Positions 13,506 to 24,432 of a stretch of 64,000 nucleotides of DNA are shown one piece after another (position 1 is the stretch's first letter; the number at the start of each line of letters is the position of its first letter). Source of the stretch: Sphyrna mokarran (taxonomy: Eukaryota); contig JAGIQG010000021.1 in assembly GCA_024679065.1 (NCBI GenBank), positions 41,106,001 to 41,170,000 on the forward strand. The letters are read 5' to 3'. A program made the translations under genes and the position numbers. The notes beneath the pieces are model-generated. The model saw nothing but the letters and a program-made list of their open reading frames with translations, searched no databases and was not told where the DNA came from.

Positions 13506-13967
13506 ATTATTTGCAAGCCAAGTAATAGCACAATTTAGATATGTTGTATCAAACTATTGTTTCAAAAGTTTTTCATTATTCTGTCGCAGATTGTTTCCTG
13601 CAAATTGCTTGAGCAAGTGAAGTTTTAAGAGCTTTGAAATCTTAAACACTTTGAAAGTCATGAACCTTATTTGCATCCAGATTTACCAAAAAGCCTAACT
13701 TTTCCAAAATAGATTCAGTTTAATAAATCTTCCATGAATGATTTTAGTTTCCTGACAAAACTGCATTTTGTTTCAATTGGAAGGATCTCTATTTTGGTGA
13801 GATGGAAAGATAAGACTGAGTGAGATTCATTGGATGTTAACTGAGCATCTTATCACAACAACTTTATATGATGGCCAGACTCTGGCGGGAATGGTGGAGT
13901 GTGGATTGTGGTTGAAATGTGTCACGCTTATGGTTGCAGTTGGAAGAACGAGAGCCTGATGGATGGT

Positions 13968-14665
13968 TGTAGAAGTGTTCAGACCCAGGCCAAAGGCTCT
14001 AAGTCTTTTGTGATGTTAGTATCAACCATAAGTTTTATATTTGATTTTGGCTTTGGTGAACCAGGTATGATTCAAGTGACTCACTGCAAAGCTTTTATCA
14101 AATAAAGTTTAAGAAAACCGTTACAATATAACAAATTAGCACAACTTTTATCAGACTTAAACATGACACAGTGTAACTCCTAACAGCTAGCTATCTTTCT
14201 TATTCCAAGTTGAACACGTTACACAGAAATGCACCCTCCTTCAGACTTAGCACAGAAACAAGCATGCTCATCTGATGCTGGATTTTCAGCTTTGTAACAC
14301 CTACGTAACATCCAAGTCAGCAGTTTTCTGAGAGGCATGTTCGAGTGGCCAAATTGCAGAGAGGTGAACTTACTGAAATGAAACTAAAAACTGAAATGCT
14401 CTGAAAAATAGCTGTCCCTAGCCACATGAAATGACTTGTCAATCACCCACAATCAAACTTCACTCAGCAATCCTAGGGACCACTAAAACCACAGAATACT
14501 GCATTAGTTCAGATTAAAATCAACATAATATAAATTGTACTGCTTCAGTAACAATAAAGGTTTCAGTAACAGTAAAGGACACCAGCTACAGACAACACGG
14601 TGCCAACAAAACATCCTGCAGACAATCGTGATCAAAATACATTTCTTAAAAGCATAGTCATCACA
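13968..14665. mobile_element. Second copy of the solo-LTR-like repeat
   Basis: Shares ttttatatttgattttggc, ccaggtatg.ttcaagtga, aacagctagctatcttt, ttcagattaaaa and the aaatacattt...catcaca end with 10473-11325. Confidence 0.5.
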
Positions 14666-16084
14666 TGGCAGATGTTACAAGGATGGATTTGCTGAGTCAG
14701 TCAAGGCTTTCAGGAGTGGACAATGGGATGCTGGCCACAAAACCATTGAAGCATGAGAGTTAGTACCAGAGAGTTGTGGCGTGATTTTAAGTGGCTGTCT
14801 GTTTAAAAAGAAATGACCAATTATTGAATTAGTTGAAGCTGTAAATGTCATTCTGGCTTTTGATTTTCTGGTTTGTTATTTTAAGTAGAATGTGCCATGT
14901 ATTTAAACCAGATCTTATCTACTACATTGAAGTAATTAATCCTTTTATACGGGTAAATTACTCAAGGTATAATTCTCACTTTATGGACTCCGATTTCCTT
15001 ATGTCGTGAATGTAACCTAAGGGCAGTAAAACCCAGTAGGTTTTAAAATGCTTGTCCTTTAAGAGCATGTTACATCATTCCATTACTTGGATCTCTTAAT
15101 CTCTATATTATGTAATTGTCCCAGTTTGTGCTTTTTATATATCAATGGGATCCAGTTAATTATCTTGATAATAAATGCAATAAAGGCACTTTCCTTGGTT
15201 TTCCTGTATGTGCCACATTAAGAAAAGTTACCCATTTGTAGTATTTGGAAGGTGAAATTGCCCTGTTACATGTTTTTTATTGTGTTTTTCAAACAGAATT
15301 GAAACACAGAAATCTCAAACAGAAGCCCTTCCTCAGTCCAGACCAAGATCCAGAGGGGAGGAGGGTGGGAAAGTTGGTATGTGGAGGAGAACTTCACTCA
15401 AAAAATGAGGACTACTACACTTTTGGTTAGTGACCTACATTATTTTACTGCTCATTGCCCTACCACACCTATCCTAAGCCCACTGAATCTCAGAATAAAT
15501 TAGTACAATTTAGGGTGTGACTAAATAGAAGTCCTAACACAGGAAGAACATTTTTGAGGCTATACCTTAACAATTAATTTTTGACTGTTTAAATTTGAAA
15601 AAAATTATTGTGCGTGAAGTGCGAATGTTATAAACGTTGGTTAGTATAAGGGCATTACATTTCCCTCAGTGATGTTAGTAGAATTGTAGGCAACGTCACT
15701 GAATTTCGATTTACATTTTTGTGTTTGAAGTTTATTACTGGAGGTTTTGCGGCCAGTATTGAGGTGTCGTTAGATTTTAACGTGGACTTGGGTAATCTTC
15801 TGGAAAATGGTGAGGGAAGGTATCCTTGGTACATGGGGATGCTGCTCTCAACTGCCCCTAAACTGACATTTTAGATAAAAGAATGGCAATTGCGCTCTTG
15901 ATTCTGCCAGAGTGCTGTTGGACAGGCCTTGGTATTTGATTTTATTTGTGTGCTTGTGCAAGTTTGGTCGTTGTATGGCAGACTCAAATATGTATGTATC
16001 CATACGTGTACACAGCACAGTAATTTTAAAGACTCGTGGAATGTTGAGTGGGATGCAACGGATGGGTAGATATGAAGCTTGGCT

Positions 16085-16650
16085 TGACCTCATTTTGAGT
16101 ACTATGTTCCGTTCTTGACATTGCGCTGCTGGACTGATGTATTGGATTTGATGAGATGCAGTGCAAATTCACAAAAGTAATGCCGGCATCAAACTGAGAG
16201 GACAATAGATTAAGTTTTGTATTCTGTTGAGTACAGAGATTAATCTCTGTACTCAAGGGAATGATGATCTCATGATTCCATTGATGATCTCATTGAGGTG
16301 TTAAAATTGATTGAAGAAATTAGATAGAGGTAAACAATTTGCCTGTGGCAAAGTCCAGAATGAAAGGGGACAGAATGTAAAATATAAGCTAGTCATTCAG
16401 TTGTGATGTGAAAAACTGCTTCAACCACACAAAGCATTGTGAGAATCAGGTATACTCTTCTCCCAGAGGCTTTTTGAGGTTGGGTCAGCTGAAAATTTCA
16501 AAACCTGACATTGCCAGACTTTTGTTAGGTGATTGTGTAGAAGGTTATCGAAACACTCAAGGGTAGATGGACTTGAGATACAGATCCAATTGAGTGGCAG
16601 AACTGGCTCAAAAGGCTGAATGGGCAACTTGTTTCTTTGCGTATCTTTTA
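16085..16650 (+). mobile_element. Ancient CR1 3' fragment
   Basis: gacctcattttgagtactatg (RPHFEY) and CR1-type tail ggctcaaaaggctgaatggg. Confidence 0.6.
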
Positions 16651-17164
16651 CCAAAGAGAAAGGAGACCAATGTGTTTTTCAACTGCAAGATGTAGTTGCA
16701 TTTTTTTTTCTTTGCATGAGGCTCTCTGAAAATAAGTGAGGTTTAATACATCTGCCTTTTCTTTTGAAACTGGAACAATGTATGTTCAAGTACTAATTTT
16801 CCTTCTGAATTTGTTATGGCAGTAAACATTTTATGCTGAAAGTCACACAGTGAACTTACGAGCGCATGTACTCTGCCGCTACTAGCTTTAAAGCAGACAG
16901 TAAGCTCCATTTCATCTTGATTCAATGTTATCACTTACCCCTAGCTAGAAACTGATTGTCCTGATGAAGAGTGAACTCTCTATTTGTTCTGATACTTGCA
17001 GAGATAATTAAACATTTAAGTGTTTTGAGCACTGGAATGAGTGATACCCAGAACTTAAATTAAGGGAATGTAGGCTGTCAGGAAGTCCAGCGAATTCTGT
17101 GAAACGATTCAGGAATCTGGTTGATTCTGCACTGGGTTTGGACTCTGATATGGTGTCAAACTGA

Positions 17165-17937
17165 AGCAGTTTGGAGTTTAATCCAGATAAATGAGAGAGT
17201 GCCTTATGGAAGGTTTAATACAGATAGGAAATATACAGTAAATGGCAGAGCCCTTAAGGATATTCATAGGTAAAGGGATCTGGGTGTACAGGTACATAGG
17301 TCACTGAAAGTGGCAATGCAAGTGGAGAAGGTAATCAAGAAGGCATATGACATGCTTGCCTTCATTGGCTGGTTTAAAAATTGGCAAGTCATGTTGCAAC
17401 TTTATAGAACCTTGGGCCGCATTTGGAATAGTGTTCAGTTCTGGTCGCCATACTATCAGAAGGATGTGGAGGCTTTGGAGAGGCTACAGAAAAAATTTAC
17501 CAAGATGTTGCCTGATATAGAGGTATACAGCATATACAGCTATGAAGAGAAGTTGGAGAAATTTGGTTTGTTATCACTGGAGCGACAGAGGTTGAGGGGA
17601 GACCTGATAGAAGTCTACAACGTTGAGAGACATGGACAGAGCGGACGTAGTCAGAAGCTTTTTCCTGATGCGAAAGACTCGGGGCATAAGTTTAAGGGGC
17701 AAGGTTTAGAGGAGATATACAAGGCAGATTTTTTCCAGAGTAGTGGATGCCTGGAACTCATAGTGGAAGCAGGTACAGTATGACTTTTAAGGGGTATCTT
17801 GACAAATACGTGAATAGGATGGAAATAGAGGGAAAGGGTCCCCGGAAGGGTAAGGGGTTTTAGTTAAGTAGGGCAGCATGGTCAGTGAAGGCTTGAAGGA
17901 CCAAAGCGCTTGTTCCTGTGCTGTGACGTTCTTTGTT
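17165..17937 (+). mobile_element. CR1 3' fragment
   Basis: ORF 17310-17783 (QFWSPYYQKDVEALE, RLRGDLIEVY) and tail. Confidence 0.85.
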
Positions 17938-19273
17938 CAGTGAGATTGCATCCTTTAGGCCGTCTCTGAATCAAGGACAGATAGTAATTGGATGTGAGAT
18001 TCACTCTACTGGCTTAGTAGTGGTGCAAAGTGAAAATTACTTTATTTCAATTGTGCAAGTGGTGCAAGTGAAAATGTACCATTAAGAAAATTCTGCTCAT
18101 TAATGCATTTTTTTCTTTGGAATTTTTTATGGGGGTGTGGATATCAGTACTTCGTTTTTAAATTTATAAAATACTTAAAGTTTTGACTTATTTTCTCATA
18201 ATGGTATTGATTGTGCGCGAAAATGGGAAATCACCTACTAAGCTGTTTTATTTGATTCAGAAATTTTTGGTGTATGTTACCACACTTTCTATGTAGAAAA
18301 GCAGAGGGATATCGATACATGTGGTGTGCAGAAGCTGTGTAGTTTTATGCTTGGAGGTCTATTTGCTTTAAAAATGCAGTCTTTGCTACCTATGTTTAAT
18401 TAACTATCATGAAGAGAAGCCAGTTGAGCAGTTCCATTTTTGATGCATATTATAGATTTCAACGGCATTTGGCCTGAGCTTTAAATTCCGAGAGTTGCAA
18501 AGTATTTTTGTTTTTAAGGGATGTTTTACATGCTTGTAATAAATGCTGCGTTAAACTTTCAATTATTGTGTTTCCTGCTGCTTGGGTATGAAATGTCGTT
18601 TTTGCTCAGTTGAGTCTGAACACATCTAGTCTGTCTGGTAAAATCCATCCTCGGAATAGTTTTTAAAAACGGACTTCCTCTTCGACAAGATTTATACAGG
18701 CTATATAACATAGAAACAGGCCATTCGGCGCAATCAGTCCGTGCCAGTGTTTGCTCCCCATTCAAGCTTTCTCCAGTCTTATCTGGAAGGGGTATGTCCC
18801 ATCAGATTAAATGAAAACATGAAATTGACCAACTCAAATTGCAAATGTTTTGATTTGTTTGTGTCGGCAAGTAACATTGCAGTTTCTAAAATGTCTTTGG
18901 CACTTAAACTAATTTTACGAAGGGAAGTTCATAAAGCAGAACTGCAGCAACAGGAACATGTATTGTTCAATGCAACTTTCCAACTTTGGAAAAGTTAATA
19001 TGTGCAATGAAAATATGAAGATTAAAATTAATTTTCTCATATCTAAAGATTTAAACAAGAAGTGTAAGACATTTATACCCTATTTGGAAATGAATAACAT
19101 TTTACTTTAGCAAAATTAGGTGACTATAAACAGTTTGTCCAGAATCAACATATTGTAATTTGTAGGTTTTACTTGAATGTATCCTAAATTGAATTGGCCA
19201 AATGAATTGAAAGAGTTTTGTGAAAATATCAGTTGGTTGCAGGGGCACATCGTAATGGTGCCACCCTTATGCA

Positions 19274-20600
19274 GGCTTTTAGATACAGAAGCAGAATTTG
19301 GCCATTTGGCCTGTTGAGTCTTTTCATGGCTGATATGTTTCTCAACCCCATTCTCCTGCTTTTTCCTGGAACCCATATCTATCTCTCAAATACACTTAGT
19401 GACCTGGTCTCCACAGGCTTTATGGCAGTGAATCCCAAAAGTTCACTGCCTGCTGGCTGAAGAAATTTCCCCCCTCATCTAAAGTCATTCCTTTACTCTG
19501 ATGCTATGCTCTCGGATCCTAGTCTGATGTAACGGAATCATCGTCTCCATGTCAAGTCTACCTAGGGATTTTGTATGTTTCAATGAGATTGCTCCTCATC
19601 TTTCTATACTCCCAAGCACAGTTCTCAAACACTTATTATACATCAAACTTTTCATTCTTAGGATCATTCTCATGAACCTCCTCTGGATCCTTTACAAGGC
19701 CAGCACATCCTTCAATGATGGATTTGAAATTGCTCTCAATATTCCAAATGCAGTTTGACCAGAGCTTTATAAAGCCTTATCAGTGCATCCTTGCTTTTAA
19801 GTTCTAGTCCCCTTGACATGAATGCTAACAGTGCATTTGCTTTTCTAACTATCAACTCAACTTGCAGGTTAAACAATAAGAAAATGCTGAACCAGGAATC
19901 CCAAAGGACTTGGAATGATTTCTAAATTATTTTCTGTCTTGGAAAATAGTCTGTGTCTCAGTTATTACAACCAAAGTACATAACCTCACACTTTCCCATC
20001 TGTTAGTTCTCGTAACTGTCCAAAACCTTCTGCAACCTCCCTGTCTCATTACTACCTGTACCTCCACTAGACTTAGTATCATCTGCAAACTTAGCCACGG
20101 TGTCTTCAGTTCCTTTATCTAGATCATTTGTATATAAAGAGAAAATTTGTGGTACCAACACTTAAAGCAGCTGCGTTTTTTGTAGCAACAGTAATTGAAG
20201 TATTTTTAATAATTCTAAAAGAACATCCCCAAAGAAAACTACATACTTAGACTAATTATTCTTTCTAGTTTTTAAAAAAATACTATTTTTGCCCACCACT
20301 AGAGGAAATCTGACTATGCATACTACATAGGAGAGCCAGTGGACATTATCTACTTGAATTTCCAAAAGGCCTTTGACAAGGTGCCACATAGAGAGCTGTT
20401 GAATAAGATAAGAGTCATCAGCTGCCATCCTGAAAAGGCCGTCTTTATTCCCCCTCTGCCTTCTGCCAGTCAGCAATCTTCTGTCCCTACTAGCACCTTG
20501 CCTGTAACACCATGGGCTCTTATCTTATTCAGCAGTCCTCTGTGGCACCTTGTCAGAGCCTTTCGGAAATTCAAGTAGATAATGTCCATTGGCTCTCCTG
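19274..20600 (-). mobile_element. Old CR1 3' portion interrupted by an inverted duplication at 20161-20418
   Basis: Antisense CR1 tail near 19280-19370. RT motifs resume at 20419 and reach the DIIYLNF region at about 20600. Confidence 0.75.
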
Positions 20601-20787
20601 TATAATATGCATAGTCAGATTTCCTCTCGTGGTGGGCAAAAATAGTATTGCTTAATCAAAAAAGAATAAGTAGTCTAAATAGTAGTTTTCTTTGGAAATA
20701 TTTTTTAGTATCATTAAAGTTACTTAATTACTGTTGCTACAAAAAATGCACCTGCTTTAAGGAAGGGAATCATGGGGTGGGGGGGGG

Positions 20788-21150
20788 GGTGGTGATGGCC
20801 TAGTGGTATTATTGCTAGAGTATTAATCCAGAAATTTAGCTAATTTTCTAGGGACTTGGATTCGAATCCCGCCACAGCAAATGGTGGAATTTGAATTTAA
20901 TAAAAAAAATCTGGAATTAAAAAACTGCTGATGACTATGAAACTATTGTCAATTGTCGGAAAAACCTATCTAGTTCATTAATGCCCTTTGGGGGAGAATG
21001 TGCAGTTCTTACCTGGTCTGGCCTACGTGCGACTCCAGAGCCACAGCAATGTGGTTGACTTTTAACTGCCATATAAAAGCAATTAGGGAAGGGCAATAAA
21101 TGCTGGCCAGCCAGCAATGGCCATGTCCCAAAATGAATAAAAAAAATAGA
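20788..21150 (+). mobile_element. Deu-SINE-like (SacSINE1-type) SINE
   Basis: tggcctagtgg A box, ttcgaatccc B box, body ...ccacagcaatgtggttgact..., tail gggcaataaatgctggcc...gaataaaaaaa. Confidence 0.75.
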
Positions 21151-21719
21151 AATAAGAATGGATCATTCAGCCTCTTAAACCTCTTCCATAACTCGGCTAC
21201 AACATGAATGATTTGTGCCTCAGCTTCAGTTGCCTATTTCGTTTCCTTTGTTATCCTTACCTAACAACAAATATCTCTCAAATTTTACCTTACCCAGTAG
21301 ACTTTTAAGGGACTGACTTTGATTTAATTGTCCTTTATAGAAAAAGTCACTCCTGATGTAACTCTCCCCAGTCTTTGAAACTGCCATGGTTGTCCCTTCC
21401 CTCAAAATAACACCACTCCTCCATTCTTCCAAACTACTGTCCCTTCTCCAAAGTCCTTCAATGTGTTGTCACCTGCCAAATCTATGCCTTTTCCAAAACT
21501 GTTTGAATTCCTCAAATCATATTTCTGCTCCTGTCAGAGTATCAGAATCCAAAGTGATATTGTGTGACTCCTAGTTCTGTTGGCAGACTTCAGTAAGGCT
21601 GACTGCACCATTCTCCAATGCTTCTGTGCTGCTTTTTGGCTGGGTGAGATTGGATTTGCCTGGGTCTATTCAATCAATCTCATTTGGTTCCCAACTCCTC
21701 CCCACCCCTCACCCCGTGT

Positions 21720-22247
21720 GGACACTACAGCTAAGAAAGCCCACCAATGATTCTACTTTCTCAGAAAACTAAGGAAATTTGCCAAGTCTGCCACAACTCT
21801 CACCAACTTTTATAGATGCACCATAGAAAGCATCATTTCTGGTTGCATCGCAGTTTGGTATGACTCCTGCTTTGCCCAAGACCGCAAGAAACTACAAAAA
21901 TGTAGCCCAATCCATCGCACAAACCAGCCTCCCATTCATTGACTCCGTCTACCCTTCCTCCTGCCTCAGCAAAGCGACCAGCATGATTAAGGACCCCACA
22001 CAGACTCTTTTTTCTATCGGGGAAAAGATACAAAAGTCTGAAGTCACATACTAACCGACTCGAGAACAGCTTCTCCCCTGCTGCCATCAGACTTTTGAAT
22101 GGACCTACCTTGCAGTAAGTTGATCTTGTAGTAACACGACATTATGCACTCCCTTATTTCCTTTTCTTTGAACAGTACGCTTTGTATAGCACACAAGAAA
22201 CAATAGTTTTCACTATGCCCATATATGTGGCAATAAATCAAATCAAA
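21720..22247 (+). mobile_element. Rex1/Babar LINE 3' end
   Basis: Remnant KKAHQ*FYFLRKLRKF...LTNFYRCTIESI, ends aataaatcaaatcaaa. Confidence 0.8.
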
Positions 22248-22401
22248 AACTTTTGCCAGGATATCACTAGCAGTAGTTTCTGTTCCTGCTCCCATATACT
22301 CTGAGGTAATCTGTTCTTGATCCCTCCTACTTGTATATGCTGTTCCTCAATTAAATAATTAGAGAGCAATTGTTAGTTTCCATGTATATGCTGAGGGCAC
22401 C

Positions 22402-22561
22402 CTGACCAAGCAGGGTGAAACCATGATCAGATCGGTGGTTCGCCCAGGTCAACGCTAGCTCATTGCACTTTGGGTGTGTTGACACCTGCGATGTCCCCAA
22501 ATGCGGGATACTCAGCTGCAAAATTTGTGGTAGTGGGGGATTACGTTCGCGCTCTCCCCTG
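22402..22561 (+). pseudogene. U1 snRNA-derived retrocopy (variant U1)
   Basis: Colinear with U1: accatgatca, U1A loop attgcac, ccccaaatgcggga, Sm site aatttgtgg, 3' stem gttcgcgctctcccctg. Flanked by 12-bp direct repeat gctgagggcacc (22390-22401, 22583-22594). Confidence 0.93.
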
Positions 22562-22621
22562 ATTTAATAATCAAAAATAGAAGCTGAGGGCACCAACTGC
22601 TTCAGCACCTTCCTCCAAGTA

Positions 22622-22823
22622 CTTTGGTTCTTTACACAGAGGGTGGTGAGAGCGTGGAATGCCCTGCCTGCAGCAGTTGTGGACTCACCTACTTTGGGGG
22701 CATTCAAATGTTCGGTGAATAGGCATATGGATGATATTGGAATAGTTTAGGTTAGAGGGTCCACTGGCCGGCGCAACATCGAGGGCCGAAGGGCCTGTAC
22801 TGTGCTGTAATGTTCTATGTTCT
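22622..22823 (+). mobile_element. Short young CR1 3' end
   Basis: FFTQRVVRAWNALP and tail gggccgaagggcctgtactgtgctgtaatgttctatgttct. Confidence 0.85.
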
Positions 22824-22844
22824 GAGTATTTAATAAGTTGATGG

Positions 22845-23875
22845 GATACAAAACCTCATTTCCAAAATTTGACAATGATAAAGATCTGGCAGTTTAAGCA
22901 ATGTTGATGGGTGTATAATACTGCTGAGATATAGTTAGGTGATGTGAATTGGCAAATCTCTAGCTAATGGATTTCTGTTTGGAGAATATAAGGTCATTCA
23001 CTGACCCACAAAGGTACTTCCTGATTGAAACAGTGCAGGTCTAAAGAGATTTGGTGGTCCAGGTACTATACCGTTAAAGTTATGAACAGGCATAGAAAAT
23101 ACTCTTAAGTCTCAGAATGCTGGCTTTGAGTTTAATAGAAGAAAGTAAAAATACAACTTCTGATATACAAAGCCTCGGTTTGTCCATTCCTGGACAGCAA
23201 ACCTTAGGAAGTATATATTATTCTTGGATGGAATCCAGAATAGCTCCAAGGATTAAATTACGAGGGGAAATTAACAAACTCAAGTACCAGTTCCTGGCGT
23301 TTAGAGATTAAGGTGTTTGGATCAAAATTTTCAAGGGATCACAGGACATTGATTGGATAGATAGAGTACCTGTTTCTACTGTTGGGGAACAAAGGAGATC
23401 TTTAAAAATTCATGTCAGGCTATTGATTAGTGAAATTAGCAAAGGGATGTAAAACAGAAAACTTGCTGAATTTACATTCCATTGCTTCCTTACTAATCAG
23501 GCAGTATCAGAGATGGAAGTGGGCAGTTTCACTAATGGGATGTACGTGAGATCAGAAGCTCATCTTGGAATTAAATGTGACATGAAGGTGGCAACCGTCT
23601 GGAGTCATTGGCTGGTATGGTCTGAAAAGAATGGTTGAGTCTTCACAATATTTAGTCAAAGTAAATTTCCAGAGAGTATTCTGGAAATATCAATTGATGC
23701 CAATCAATTGTAAATTTTAAACCTGAGATTAATAAATCTTGGTTGTCCAAGGGTACTAAGAGCTATGGGCAAAGGTAAGTTGGTATGAAGTTAGATTGCA
23801 GATCAGCCATAGTTTCATTGGATGGCAGAACAGACCTTTGGGGCTAAATAGTCTACTCTTGTTCATATGCTCTTA
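22845..23875 (+). mobile_element. Ancient CR1 3' portion with internal insertion
   Basis: Decayed SKFDND and downstream RT motifs, tail gatcagccat...gggctaaatagtctactc. Confidence 0.55.
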
Positions 23876-24432
23876 AATTATCATAGTACTTGTCCATTGT
23901 ATTGGATTGGTAGAAATTTACTGCAACTAAATATTGTGAAGACTCAATGATACCTTTACATGCAGTTGAAACCTTAGTGTCACATTTGATTCCATGATGA
24001 GCTTCTGATCCCATATCTGTCCCATCACTGAAATTGCCCATTTTCACCTCTGACAGTGCCTGATTAGCAGGAAAGACAATAGGCAACAGAATATGAAATT
24101 CAGCAAGTTTTCTGTAGCTGCGCAACCATTGGTGCGACCATAGCTGGAGCATTGTGTGCATACGATATAATTGAGTTAAAAGAAGTATGGAGAAACTCTA
24201 TTCAGTTTATTCCTGAGGTGAGGGGTTTATCTTGTGAAGCAAAGCTGAATAGATTGACCGTATACCTATTGGAGTTTAGAAGAATGAAAAGCGATCTTTG
24301 TGAAACATACAGGATCCTGAGGAGACTTGATAGGATAGAATGATTCCACTTGTGGGGCAGACTAGAACTAGGGAACACAGTTTAAGAATAAGAGCTTTCT
24401 CTTTTAGGACTAAGATGAGAAGATTTTTTTTT

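Noticed and set aside
22300-22401. U1 copy as a functional gene with its own promoter
   Set aside because: The TSD abuts the 5' end, the first nucleotides of U1 are missing and no PSE is evident. The flank looks like L2 remnant.
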